Source of the DNA: Chiloscyllium plagiosum
Lineage: Eukaryota
Assembly: GCF_004010195.1 (NCBI RefSeq)
Contig: NW_025214658.1
Location: 1 to 41,247, forward strand
Direction of reading: 5' to 3'
DNA: 41,247 nt
In this document: positions 1 to 11,640 of the stretch, piece after piece
Numbering within the stretch: the first letter of the stretch is position 1
Layout: every line of letters starts with the position of its first letter
Notes under the pieces: generated by a model
Seen by the model: only the letters and a program-made list of their open reading frames with translations
What the model was told of the DNA's origin: nothing
Databases searched by the model: none
Made by a program: the position numbers and the translations under genes

Positions 1-175
1 AGGATGCAAAGTCTGTTGGCTGGAGTAGAGGAACAGTGAGGCATGACCTCACAAGCATGTGTAGTTTACAAGCCCACTCGCAGTAACCACAAAGCGAAAT
101 AAATCGTACAAGGAAAAAATATTGTGTGAGTACAAAAATGGCAATAGTCATGCGTGATCTTAACTTCCCATCTAA
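1..175 (+). mobile_element. Degenerate CR1 LINE ORF2 endonuclease fragment
   Basis: Translates to VVYKPTRSNHK...AIVMRDLNFP, matching the APE endonuclease motifs VVYRPP and MGDFNFP. Confidence 0.7.
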
Positions 176-545
176 AACTCTCGATTCCATTGTAAAAATG
201 TTTGGAGAACCATAATCAAAAACATCCCATATGTCCCATAAAACATTAAGAGGGATATCTTGGTAATTGATTACTCTACTGGTGACTTAATTTTCCTATT
301 TTCTTGGAAACCATCTCTTTAATTGTGAGCATCAGAAAAGGCTTTCTTTTGCCACCAAGAAATAAATATGTTCGTTACATGTATAAGAACACTGAGACTA
401 ATCTGCACTGCACATCTGTTGCGTTTCTATCGATTTTAATAGTAGCGTGTCTTTTGATTCTTCCCAATAAATTATATGACCTCGCATCCCCTACATGAAA
501 CTGCATCTGCCAAGAATACTCTAATTGTTGGATGGAATCCTGAGG
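176..545 (-). mobile_element. Highly decayed CR1 LINE 3' ORF2 fragment
   Basis: Minus frame contains WQMQFHV (CR1 WQMxFN motif). The distal part resembles the CR1 3' region seen at about 23230-23280. Confidence 0.55.
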
Positions 546-552
546 AACAGAA

Positions 553-765
553 GGTACATGTATTTGGAAAGACAAGGACTGATTCGGGACAGTTAACGTG
601 GCTTTGTGCGTGGGCAATCATGTCTCACAAACTTGATTGAGTATTTCGAAGAAGTTACAAAGAAGATTGATGAGGGCAGAGCAGTAAATGTGATCTATAT
701 GGACTTCAGTAAGGCGTTCAACAATGCTCCCCTTGGGAGACTGATTGGCAAGATTAGATCTCATG
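553..765 (+). mobile_element. CR1 LINE reverse transcriptase fragment
   Basis: ORF 606-842 reads GQSCLTNLIEYFEEVTKKIDEGRAVNVIYMDFSKAF. Confidence 0.92.
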
Positions 766-1955
766 TAACAGCAGTGGACCTAACACCGACCCTTGTGGTA
801 TGCCGCCAGTACATTGACAACGAGAAGAACGTGTTCCATTAACTATAACACTGTTTTCTATTGGCAAGCCAATTACTGATCAAAGCTGCAATCTCTCCCA
901 CAATTCCATTCCACCGCATTGTGTGTAATAGCCTATTGTGGGGAACTTAATTGAACAACGTTCTGAAACCCATATACACCACATCAATCGGTTTACTGTA
1001 ATCTCCCTGTTTGGTCACTTTGTCAAAGAAGTAAATAAGATTCGTTAGGCAAGGCCGTCCCATCACAAAACCGTGCCGACTGTCCCTGATCAGATTATTC
1101 TTTTCCAGATGGTCATAAATCCTATCCATAATAACCATTTCCAACACGTTACCAACAACTGCAGTGAGACTCACTGGTCTGTAATTACCAGGGTTGTCTC
1201 TACGACACTTTTTGAACACTGGAACACCGTGTGCTATGCTCCAAACCACAGGCACTATTCCTGTAGATAATGATGATTTGACGATCGATGCCAAACGCTC
1301 ATCAATCTCTTCCCTTGCTACCCAGAGGATACTAGGACAGATCCCATTCAACCCAGGGGACTTGTGAGTTATCACACTCTGCAGTATTTCTATCACCTAA
1401 TCCTTGTGAACCTCCATCTCTAGTACTCTAGCCGCAAGTATCTCAGGATCTTCCTCGCCAACATTTTCATTTTCTATAGCGAACACTGTCGAAAAATATC
1501 TATTTAGCGCTTCCCCTATCTCTTCTGACACCACACACAACTTCCCATTATTATCCTTGATTGTCTCAACTTTAACTCTCGTCATTCTTTTAATCCTGAC
1601 ATACCTATGGAAAATCTTAGGGTTAACCCTGATCCTATCTGCCAATAACTTCACATGTCTCCTCCTGGCTCTTCTCAGCTCTCTTTTTAGGTCTCTCCTG
1701 ATATCGTTGGAACCCTCGGGCGCTCGAACTGATTTTTCACATTTTGTCCTAACATAAGACTTCTTGTTCTTCTTGACCAGGGATTCCACTTCCTTAGTAA
1801 ACTACGGCTCACGCGTTCTATATCTTCCCCCCAACCTGAAAGGTACATACTTATCTAGGACACACAGGAGCTTTTCCTTGAATAAGCTCCATATTTTAAT
1901 GTGCTCACCCCCTGCAGTTTCCTACCCCATTCTACGCTTCCAAAATCTTACCTAA
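766..1955 (-). mobile_element. CR1 LINE ORF2 fragment (linker and RT N-terminal part), disrupted
   Basis: ORFs 1397-1789 and 947-1396 contain NPKIFHRYVR, KSPGLNGI, NYRPVSLT and HGFVMGRPCLTNL. Stops separate the frames. Confidence 0.93.
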
Positions 1956-1959
1956 TCTT

Positions 1960-2090
1960 CCTAAATCTTGGGACTTGTGCCTCACAACACACTTCACATT
2001 CAACAACCAGATATACGAACAAATCAACGGAACACCCATGGGCTCACCGATCTCGGGACTCAGAGCAGAAGCAGTAATGCAAAGGTCAGA
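1960..2090 (+). mobile_element. Penelope-like element RT fragment, running into an assembly gap
   Basis: CLTTHFTFNNQIYEQINGTPMGSPISG matches the PLE RT motif F.FN...Y.Q..G..MGSP.S. Confidence 0.88.
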
Positions 2091-2755
2091 NNNNNNNNNN
2101 NNNNNNNNNNNNNNNNNNNNNNNNNNNNNNNNNNNNNNNNNNNNNNNNNNNNNNNNNNNNNNNNNNNNNNNNNNNNNNNNNNNNNNNNNNNNNNNNNNNN
2201 NNNNNNNNNNNNNNNNNNNNNNNNNNNNNNNNNNNNNNNNNNNNNNNNNNNNNNNNNNNNNNNNNNNNNNNNNNNNNNNNNNNNNNNNNNNNNNNNNNNN
2301 NNNNNNNNNNNNNNNNNNNNNNNNNNNNNNNNNNNNNNNNNNNNNNNNNNNNNNNNNNNNNNNNNNNNNNNNNNNNNNNNNNNNNNNNNNNNNNNNNNNN
2401 NNNNNNNNNNNNNNNNNNNNNNNNNNNNNNNNNNNNNNNNNNNNNNNNNNNNNNNNNNNNNNNNNNNNNNNNNNNNNNNNNNNNNNNNNNNNNNNNNNNN
2501 NNNNNNNNNNNNNNNNNNNNNNNNNNNNNNNNNNNNNNNNNNNNNNNNNNNNNNNNNNNNNNNNNNNNNNNNNNNNNNNNNNNNNNNNNNNNNNNNNNNN
2601 NNNNNNNNNNNNNNNNNNNNNNNNNNNNNNNNNNNNNNNNNNNNNNNNNNNNNNNNNNNNNNNNNNNNNNNNNNNNNNNNNNNNNNNNNNNNNNNNNNNN
2701 NNNNNNNNNNNNNNNNNNNNNNNNNNNNNNNNCAATTTTCTGACTATTCATAAAT

Positions 2756-2871
2756 AGGAGGAGAAAGTGAGGACTGCAGATGCTGGAGAAGGGCTCATGC
2801 CCGAAACGTCGATTCTCCTGCTCCTTGGATGCTGCCTGACCTGCTGCACTTTTCCAGCAACACATTTTCAG
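2756..2871 (+). mobile_element. Short Penelope-derived terminal-repeat insertion with hammerhead-like motif and 12-bp TSD
   Basis: CTATTCATAAAT at 2744-2755 and 2872-2883. Internal CTGGAGA-A-GGGC-TCAT-GCCC-GAAACGTC. Same family as 30851-30940 and 36931-37000. Confidence 0.8.
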
Positions 2872-3196
2872 CTATTCATAAATTGAACAACAATTACAAA
2901 TTCACTTTGTTCAAAGAACAGAGTAATATTTAGATTAATCACAACATTTAGTTACAAAGTAGGTAACCAGCTGACTGACAAGTAATAGGTGGGAGCATTT
3001 GTTAGTTTACTGAAGAAGATATCAACTTTATTTCAAATTTATAGCACGAGAGAAACATTTTTAATGTGTTTCAATTATTTGGACTTGTCCCTTTGCAACA
3101 AAAAATAGATCTATCTCATTACTTAGACATCGTAATCTTTAATTCTGCAATATTTTCAAATATTCTCCAGGAACTTATAAGCAACAGAATTAGAGA

Positions 3197-3423
3197 CAGG
3201 TATCCACACTATCCGAAAGTGAAGCATTATTATGAAACGTTTTTATAAGCTGTAAATGCATAAATCGAAGAAGCATTACTTTATATGGGAAACACCTCCC
3301 CTTTCTTCGTAAAAGTGAAAATCCTCTTCAGATTTCTTTCAGTTCGAGAAACCAGGGATAAATGTATGTCTTTTGTAAAAGCAAAGTGGCTAAAGCGAAC
3401 TTTCCAAAAGTGGGGGATACCTG
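3197..3423. mobile_element. Non-autonomous TcMar-Tigger DNA transposon (MITE), 227 bp
   Basis: Imperfect TIRs: left CAGGTATCCACACTATCCGAAAGT, right (reverse complement) CAGGTATCCCCCACTTTTGGAAAGT. TA follows the right end and GA precedes the left end. Confidence 0.85.
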
Positions 3424-4299
3424 TACACATATTTCTTGGTAACCTGTCACAAATAAGTATCAGATTTTGTGATTATTGGTATAATAGATACAAGCAGATC
3501 TAATGTTGAATTGAAAAGCAATTCAGTCTGTGCTTAGGTACTCTCTAATCAACATTCAGAGCGACTCTTGATATATTTCTGTTGAAGGATTTGATTTGAA
3601 ACCTTCCCTCGAGTCTAGTAATAGAGACACTACCACAGCTACACAAGTTCCTTTCATAATGTTCCCACTCAGGACTGGCAGGACTGTAATATTATGTTTA
3701 ATGTGGTTACTCAAATTAAAACTATCAGTTGTTTATTGTAGTAATTTGAATGGGAATTAATTAGATAGTTTCTGTGTGTAATGGACTGGAAATTAAACAA
3801 TATTTTACAATAACAATAGAATAAAGGAATGGTGGTCTTAAATAAATAGGAATCTCATGACAATTCTTTGAAAGACAAATTGACAAAACTGCGTGATCAT
3901 TGTACTTTGATTTTAAAAATGCATCAGTCATTCAATGTGAATATTCAGCTGACTACAATTTCCCTCCATTTCAAGAATGTACAACTTCCACAAATACAAA
4001 CTGAACAGTTATTGAAAAAGGAAGGAACAAGCAGATGTTAATTCTATTTTCTGTACATAAACGTGCGGTGAATTTTTAGTAAGTTATATATATGTAAAAA
4101 GGAAACTCTTATTGTGGTTCGAAATACAATAAATGTTAGCATGAAGTGAACTATAATCAAATCAATTCAACTGTGTTCTCTCAGTTAAAATACAGTTCAA
4201 TATTCAAAGTAATCGAGTGATTGTAAACTGCAATATCTTTACATTAATTCAGTGCTGAGACATAATTCCACATTTATACCCCTTTTAGTGAAGCAAATT

Positions 4300-4925
4300 T
4301 ATGCCAGGAGTCAGAGCAGGTAGCGGAGCTCCTTAAGTATTCCAGAGTGATTGGGACCTTGCTCCTTGTGAGGACAGCGTGAAACAGGCGGATATGGTCG
4401 AACCGGTTGATGTTAAGATGAAGAATGTGCTGATCATATTGAAAACTCATGGGAATAGATAAGTCCCCTGGGCCAGAAAGGATATAACTTAGGTTGTTAT
4501 GGGAAGGGAAGCAAGGGATTACTGTGTTTTGGCGATGATCTTTGCATCCTCACTGTCCGCTGGAGTCATACCAGATGATTGGAGAGTGGCAAACGTTATT
4601 CCCTTATTCAAGAAAGGCAATCAAGATAATCCTAGGAATCATCGATGAGTCAGTCTTACATCAGTTGTGGGCAAATTATTGGAGAGGATTCAGAGAGACA
4701 GGATTTATAATTATTTGGAAAAGCATAGATTGATTAGAGATGGTCAGCATGGCTTTGTGAGCGGCAGGTTATGCCTCAGAAACCTTATTGAATAATTTGA
4801 GGATGTGACAAACACATTGGTGAGGACAGAGCAGTGGATGTGGTGTATAAGGATTTTAACAATGTGTTTGGTAAGGTTCCCCATGGAAGGCTTATTCAGA
4901 AAATAATGAGGCACGGGATACAGGG
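4300..4925 (+). mobile_element. CR1 LINE ORF2/RT fragment, frameshifted
   Basis: Encodes DKSPGP, DDWRVANVIPLFKK and QHGFVSGRLCLRNLIE. Confidence 0.9.
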
Positions 4926-5064
4926 TTATCCTGATAACATGTTGAGACATTTGTGTCAGAGACTGCAAGGGGGTGAGTGAGAGAGAAATAAATTTTTAAA
5001 AAGCAGAAAGGAAAGGAACTGGTGAGCAGAGGAGCTCCAACTAGTTTCTCATCCCGCCAACATC

Positions 5065-5190
5065 GTATTGGAACGCAGACTAGTCAAGCAACGGCCTGAC
5101 ACAGTTACACATGTAGAATCATACCTTACAATGTCGCAGACACCACCATGACCATCCTTGTATATCCTATCCCACCAGCAGGACATGGAT
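5065..5190 (+). mobile_element. Endonuclease fragment of a second CR1-group LINE family
   Basis: RLVKQRPD...ESYL...YILSHQQD-like sequence. Recalled as the same family as 28840-29880. Confidence 0.55.
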
Positions 5191-5229
5191 GTAATGGAAA
5201 TGCTCGAACATGCAGGGCTATGGACTAAG

Positions 5230-5320
5230 GTCTGCAGAGTGATTTATTTGACAAATCTCCAGAATATTAAACTCCAGTCCAATTTGAAAATTTATTAACA
5301 TCATCAGACTTGAACTCCAA
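5230..5320 (-). pseudogene. Relic 3'UTR and polyA region of a C2H2-ZNF gene
   Basis: Minus strand GGACTGGAGTTTAATATTCTGGAGATTTGTCAAATAAA resembles the region after the + strand ZNF pseudogene (CTGGGCTGGAGTT near 10276). AATAAA at 5243-5248 (-). Confidence 0.45.
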
Positions 5321-5834
5321 ATGTCAGAAAAAAAATCAGAGACTGACAGCACATGTCGAGGTCACTTGGCCCATCCTGAATGTGTTGCTTGTAATAGAAC
5401 TACCTAGGCTTTACAATGTTCTGTACTCACCGATGAGAGCAACAATTTCAGACTGTGTACTCTGCCCTCTATGTTGTTATAATTTGTTTTTATGATGTAT
5501 TTCTTTTACAGCTTCATACCTTTTTTCCTGGTTTCTTTTCCAGCTCTAACTCCATTCCCCATGGCTTTGCGGGACGACCATTTCTGCTGTTTAATCTCCC
5601 CTGCCTTCCCCCGTGTGATAGACTGTCTTTTTGTCCTTGTCTCACCCCCACCTTGCTCACAACCTGTTACATTTCTGATGGTTCCCAGACCTCTGTGACT
5701 TCACTGCGCCCCCTGGGTCAGTGGCGTGAGTTTTGAATTCTCTTTGTCCAGAAATAATTGGAAATCTTTCTGGCTGCAGTTTCCCCCAGATTTTATTTTT
5801 AAAAACAGAGCATTTGTGTCAGGACCATGTTAAC

Positions 5835-5972
5835 ATAGCCTGTAGTGTGCAGGTTCGGCGGGTTGGGTTAGCCATGATAAATGTGGGGTTATGGGGGTAG
5901 GGTGGGAGAGCAGTTCATTGTAGGCTCGATGGGCCAAATAACCTCTTTCTGCCCCTACGGGATTCTGTGATG
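5835..5972 (+). mobile_element. 3' half of an HE1-like SINE, decayed
   Basis: GTGCAGGTT...AGCCATG...GATGGGCCAAATAACCTCTTTCTG...GGGATTCTGTGAT, homologous to the 3' part of 10382-10713. Confidence 0.7.
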
Positions 5973-6629
5973 CTAAATGGTTGTGATTGTCGTCACATTT
6001 TCCTCATGCCAGGTTCATTCAGCTCAGGTACACACGCTGTCTTGGTGTTTGTGTGGGTGCTCACTCACTCCTTTCCTTCAGTTTTACAGCAATTTCACAT
6101 AGTACGTGAGGGTGAGAATGAATTTGTAAACACAAATACTCCAACCAGACCCCCTCACAGGTCAGGAGCTGTTTCTGCTGCTAATGTCGCTTACAGGGAA
6201 CAGGAAAATAAAGGTTCAGTCATACATCTTACAAGGTTTCAATCAACAGGAATGGCTAAACAGCTTAAAACTCTTTTCTCAAGAAAAGAGGAAGCTGAGC
6301 GACAACCTGATACAAGCAGGAAGCTTTGTGCCTGTGTTTTCAGAGTTGAAGTTGAAATAATTGATTTCGAAGCATGTTTCATTGACCCAGATCATCAAAG
6401 GTGCTATCTAAATGTGCATATTTATTTGTCTATCTGTCTGAGTTAACGATCAGATGGGTAGGTCAGTGTTTAAGTGTCTGAGTGTCTTCCCAAATTCCTG
6501 ATTGAATCTGCCTCCCCCATAAACTCAGATGCCTCACCACTCCCTGGGTCACAGAGAAGCTCTGCTGTTACAATGAGAACTGTCTTTGCTGTCACCTCTC
6601 CTCATGCTTCTTTCTAATCCCCACTTCCA

Positions 6630-6941
6630 TTAGATTAGATTACATTACAGTGTGGAAACAGACCCTTCGGCCCAACAAGTCCACACCGACCCGCCGAAGC
6701 GCAACCCACCCATACCCCTACATTTACCCCTTACCTAACACTACGGGCAATTTAGCATAGCCAATTCATCTGACCTGCACATCTTTGGACTGTGGGAGGA
6801 AACCAGAGCACCCGGAGGAAACCCACGCAGACACGGGGAGAACGTGCAAACTCCACACAGTCAGTCACCTGAGGCGGGAATTGAACCCGGGTCTCCGGCG
6901 CTGTGAGGCAGCAGTGTTAACCACTGTGCCACCGTGTCGCC
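6630..6941 (-). mobile_element. Full-length, relatively young HE1-type tRNA-derived SINE
   Basis: Minus strand has A box GGTGGCACAGTGG, B box GGTTCAATTCCC, the V-domain core GTCCAAAGATGTGCAGG and a CR1-like tail ending in (ATCTA)n. Confidence 0.93.
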
Positions 6942-7297
6942 ATCATTAAATCCCAGCTGCCTCTTGTCCACCCACATGGGCATGTTGAAGAGCATGACAG
7001 GAGATTGGATTGAAACTGAGAATTCAATAACCAGAATGAAATATGAAGAAGGAAATAAATGGGGTTTGTGTATCTCAGGATACAGACTCCAGGCTGAGTC
7101 CTTTGTGGGCATTCCCGCAGTAATACGAGACAGCATTCCAAGATGAGAGTTAAACCCAAGTGGCAGGAGAGGGAGCCACTGAACATTAGCAGGTTTGGTT
7201 CAAACACAGGTTTGTTCAGTCAGTAACAGTGTTAGACATGGAGGTGAAGTAAGCAATGAAGGGAAATGTTGCCACAAGCTGCAGATGGACAACCTTC

Positions 7298-7380
7298 ATT
7301 GGAACAGGAGGAGGCCATTCAACCCTCAACCCTCCTCTGCCATTCAATTAGATCATGGCTGATTTGTGGCCTAACTTACA
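7298..7380 (-). mobile_element. CR1 LINE 3' terminal fragment
   Basis: GGAACAGGAGGAGGCCATTCAACCC...CCATTCAATTAGATCATGGCTGAT, homologous to 31520-31590. Confidence 0.7.
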
Positions 7381-7454
7381 ATTTTCAAAACTCTTTGAAC
7401 TCATCAATAAACTCTTCTGCAATAGACAAGATCAATATTGAAAAACTAAACATC

Positions 7455-7550
7455 TACAATTGCTGGGAAATCAGAAACAAAAGCAGACATTGCTGGAAAA
7501 AGTCAGCAGATCTGGCAGCATCTGTGGAGTGTGAAACTTTGGGTTCAGTG
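7455..7550 (-). mobile_element. Penelope-derived terminal repeat fragment
   Basis: TGCTGGAAAAAGTCAGCAGATCTGGCAGCATCTGTG is the reverse complement of about 20723-20757. Confidence 0.7.
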
Positions 7551-7799
7551 ATCAGGCAGGTGACCACCTGCAGCTGACCATTCTGCCTATTCTGTAACAC
7601 TGGAGCAGGTTCTAGTGCGAGGGGAACGAGATTGTCAATAGCAACTGAGAAAACAGGATGATGTGCTCAATCAGACTAAAACCCATTTTGTTTTTTCACT
7701 TTTAATTCAAAAGCAAACATTATTCATTATCATTTCAGAAATAATAGGCCAGAAATCAACTCTTCATGTCATTGGGTCTTGGAAACTGTGTTAATTCTG

Positions 7800-7935
7800 A
7801 CCTGGTCCAGCCGACATGTGAATCCAGACCCTAAATAATGGGGTTGACTCTAAACCGTCTTCTAGGCAGTTGGAACGGATGACAAATGCTGCCCCAGCAA
7901 GTGATGCCGTGATCCCATGAACAAACAAAATAAAT
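7800..7935 (+). mobile_element. 3' end of a shark SINE (SacSINE1-like) with CR1-group tail
   Basis: ACATGTGAATCCAGACCC...AAATGCTGCCCCAGCAAGTGATGCC...ATCCCATGAACAAA. The tail is shared with 11770-11925. Confidence 0.6.
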
Positions 7936-7948
7936 CCAATTGCTGTGG

Positions 7949-8122
7949 TTACTTGTGAACTCGCTGGTGTTTCACCAAGCTGGGTAGCTGAGTGAATTGC
8001 TTCCCACACTCAGAGCAGGTGATTGGCCTCTCCCCAATGTGTATTCGCTGGAGTACAGTGAGGCTGGATTGTGTCCTGAACCCAGTCCCACAGTGACAGT
8101 ACCTGAATGGTCTCTCACTGGT
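7949..8122 (-). pseudogene. Terminal two C2H2 zinc fingers and stop codon of a truncated ZNF gene
   Basis: Translates [57 protein letters not shown]. The second finger is intact and the first has lost zinc ligands. No upstream fingers or start codon. Confidence 0.88.
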
Positions 8123-8269
8123 CTCCTGTGACCGGGGGAGATGATATTCACCTTCCCGGGGATGGTGGGTACAGATACCTCCAAGAGGGATCCAGTGAGA
8201 GTTGATTAGGACAAACTGTTTACATTCATGAAAGAATCAATAATGATGAGGCACTGATGTAAAGGGATT

Positions 8270-8520
8270 GACAAAGGAAGCACATGTGACATGGGACAAA
8301 ATGTTTTCATGCAGAGAAAGTTTATGGTCAGGAATACACTGCCAAAGAGTGTGGTGGAACCAGGTACAATGAAGAGAATAGAATTGAACAGTTACTGGAA
8401 GAGGGCGAATGGGAAGATTTATGGGGTAAAGGTAGAAGAATGGCATTCAGTGAGGTGATCCTTTGGAGAGCTGATGAGCCAATCAGCCTCCTTTTGCATC
8501 GTAACAATTCTGTGAACATT
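8270..8520 (+). mobile_element. Decayed CR1 LINE 3' end
   Basis: AATGTTTTCATGCAGAGA...GGAATACACTGCCAAAGAGTGTGGTGGAA and a typical CR1 3'UTR. Confidence 0.7.
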
Positions 8521-9437
8521 TCATTCTGAGCCCTCGAAGGCCCTCTAGGGAAATATCAGGACAATGTTTGGAAAGACGTCAGACTGAATGAGGGTCTCAG
8601 TGAACAAAAGCGAGGCACAGATATAGAGAGGTTTTAGCATGGATTGAATCAAATGTTACCAATTTGCACAGCCACCAACATTACAGCAGTTACAAATGGG
8701 AGTCAACAAGAGAGTGGAATTAGAGCAGCAAATAAATCTTATACAGCTAAAGGGGATGCTGGGTAAAGATACCGCAGTTAGTGCTTATTTCATGCCAGAC
8801 ACACCGCCAGGGAGCACATCGTCCTATATCTACCGACTGGGCTCTTGAAGAATTTTGTTCATTTCAAGTGTTTCATATTTCCGTCCGCCAGAGAAGACAG
8901 CTTCATGCTCCTCAATCTCTCCTGACAGGGCAAAGGTGCTGTTAGAATTCAAATCACTGAGGTGTGTTACTGACTGCTGTATGGACTGGAACTGGCAATT
9001 GAGACTGTAAGGTTACTGTATAAAATATCTTCAATTGTATTGCCAGATTGCTGGACACTTGCGGGGCTTTAAGAAAAAAAACTTAGCTTACGGGCATTGA
9101 GTGTCAGAGCACCTACTGTTGCGTGGGCATCCTGTTTAGATACAATCTATTGATAATTGTTAGAATTGACTTATACTGACTCCATCGACGTGGTCAGAGC
9201 ATTATAACGGTCATCGAAGCTAACATATTTCCCATGGGTTAAGAGTTGCAAATGATAGCTTAGGAACAATGTTCAGCTAGTAAAGTCCAGTTATTCAAAA
9301 TCATCCGAATTTACTTTCAGAAACAAGTGAGAGAAAGCCACATTATTGCATTAGTCCAAATTTAGAATTTCAGGAGAACTGAAGGGAGAGCTGGTGTTGG
9401 GAGCTGTAGTAATGAAGGAGATAAACTTGTTTTACAG

Positions 9438-10170
9438 AGAGAGAGTTCACAGATGGGAAACTCAGATTTAACATCACATTTAACACACCCAATTCCGCAG
9501 GTCCTGAACATTATACGTAACATGGAAGGGGAAAGCAGCATTCCCAGCCCGGAGAAACCATTCGTGTTGTGGATGTGGTTAAGGATTTAACTGGTCATGT
9601 GATCTGGGAAGACACCATTATGACGGGACCAGGGTGAGGGTATGTAAACGTGGGGACTGTGGTAAGGAATTCACTTACCCCTCCCAGCGGGACACTCACT
9701 GACACAGTCACACTGGAGAGAGGCTGGTCACCTGCCCCATGTATGGGAAGGGATTTACTCGCTCTTGCAATCTGCTGAGGCACCAGAGAGTGCATAGATG
9801 ACTGAGATCTGCTCTGTGTGAGAGAAAGGATTCATTCAAATCTTTCTCCTGCAGAGACACCAGTGCATTCCCACGGGGGAGAGGCGATTCACCTGCTGCA
9901 TATGCGGGAAAGGATTCACTCAGTCTTCTGATCTGCTGAGACCCCAGCGAGCCCACACAGTGGAGAGGCCATTCAGATGCTCAGTGTGTCAGAAGGGATT
10001 CAGTGATTTATCCAGCCTGCTGAGACCCCAGCATGTTCACACTGGGTAGTTGTTGTTTCCCTCTCTGTGTGACAAGGGATTTGCTGAGTCTTCAACATGA
10101 CTGACAGCCCAGTGAGTGCACACAGGGAAGTGGTCATCCCCCTGCTCCGTGTGGGGTAGAGTTCACACAT
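9438..10170 (+). pseudogene. C2H2 zinc-finger (Kruppel-type) pseudogene coding exon with about 7 degenerate fingers
   Basis: Acceptor TTTTACAG ends at 9437 and ATG at 9522 (MEGESSIPSPEKP). Repeated HTGERx linkers and CxxCGKGF (e.g. [51 protein letters not shown]). Several in-frame stops and frameshifts. Confidence 0.93.
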
Positions 10171-10381
10171 CACTGCAGGACTCTGATTCTGGAGTTACTG
10201 TTCATCAGAGTCAGGACTGGACCTTGTTCATGATGACACTGTTGGAGTATCGATGTTGTTGTTAATCACATTAACTGGGCTGGAGTTGACTGAATTTATA
10301 CTGCCACTGTCTGAACCTCAGGGTGTCTCCCTGGGCACAAGGCTCCACAAAAAGCAGTGTGACAATGACTTAAATTCTGAT

Positions 10382-10713
10382 TGTAGCACGGCTGCTTCAC
10401 AGCACCAGGTACAAGGTTGGAGTCCAGCCTTGGCCAACGGCCTGTGTGGAGTTCCCACATTCTCCCCATGATAGTGTGTGTGTCCTCTCCAGGTGCTCTG
10501 GTTTCCTCGCACAGTCTTAAGATGTGCAGGTTAGGTGGATCAGTCGTGCTAAATTGGCCATAGTGACCAGGAATGTGCAGACTAGGTAGATCAGCCATGG
10601 GAAATTCAGTATTACAGGGATGGAATGCTCTGGGCGTGATGTTCTTCTGATGGTCAGTGGGGTTTGATGGGCCAATGCTCTCCTTCCACACTGTCGGGAT
10701 TCTATTCTATGAT
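10382..10713 (+). mobile_element. HE1-like SINE, older and diverged
   Basis: Homologous along its length to 6630-6941 and 12905-13245. Ends GGGATTCTATTCTATGATT. Confidence 0.88.
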
Positions 10714-11459
10714 TGAGGATAAAGGCTACACAGCAGGGTGTCCTTGGAGAAGGAGCATGTGGTGTGTATCAATGCTCTCGATGCCTTTCGATAGAGGTGG
10801 GCACCACAGGGGACACAGTGCTTTATCTCTACCGCTGCCCCCTCCTACCCCCGACTCTACTTTGATTTAGTCCTTCCCACTCTGTCACTTGTAATGGTTT
10901 GCTTTGCCCATAATGGGCTTTGTTTATAAATATTCAATTGGTAACACAAATGGTTTACTGCTGGTGATTATAGGTTATAGGTTAACAAAAAGAAAAATGA
11001 TGTAATGATGATTTTGATAGTGGGAAGGTTGCACAGCTGTGTGTGATAACACTTCTGGGTAGGAGAAATGGGGAATAAAGAAAGCTTCACAGCTCACAGA
11101 ATGAGAACTGAAAAGCAGTTAAATCAAACCAAAGGTTGAGACAGGGAGGGAATATTTCCCTGGAGTTTGAGTAACTGGAAAGTGATGGTGTCCGGGAAGA
11201 GACAGGATTTTGTTCTAAAGGGCATTTGAAATTTTAAAAACTGTTATATTCAGATATTTTCAATTCTTTTACTTTTATTTATTGTGGAATAAACATTAAC
11301 ACAAGATTAGCAAATTTGTTTTTTTTTAATGTAAAAGACAAATGTTAAATAAAATCCATCAAACCAACCCTCACTGAAAACTGATGTGGACGTGCAATCT
11401 CCTGGAGAATCCCTGCCCTGCCTACTTCTTCCTACCCAGGCTCCATGGCTATATACATA

Positions 11460-11640
11460 CCTGAGAGATAGCAGCAGGAGGCGGCCATTCGATTGTGCTC
11501 CACAATTCAATGGGAAACAGCTGACCATCCAGCTCAGTCTCCTGTTCCTGCTGTGCTCCAATCCCCTTTGATGACTTTACCTCGAAGAACTATATCTAAG
11601 TCCTCCTTTGGCTTCACTGCCTTTTGTTCTAGTGATGTTG
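11460..11640 (-). mobile_element. Decayed CR1 3' end
   Basis: GCAGGAGGCGGCCATTCG...CAATTCAAT pattern as in the other CR1 tails. Confidence 0.55.

Noticed and set aside
553..1100. Head-to-head CR1 RT fragments suggesting a twin-priming inversion
   Set aside because: Both pieces cover the same RT region and differ substantially, so they are independent insertions.
1932..2865. Long ORFs of 259-267 aa (and similar ones at 25115-25660 and 31792-32987)
   Set aside because: They are artefacts of N-runs. Only the short real-sequence ends are informative.
5967..6446. 159-aa + strand ORF
   Set aside because: It starts inside a SINE tail and has no recognisable domain or convincing exon structure. 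Probably a chance ORF.
6860..6941. tRNA-like A and B boxes (also at 12905-12970 and weakly near 37360-37420)
   Set aside because: These are SINE heads and do not form a complete cloverleaf tRNA gene.
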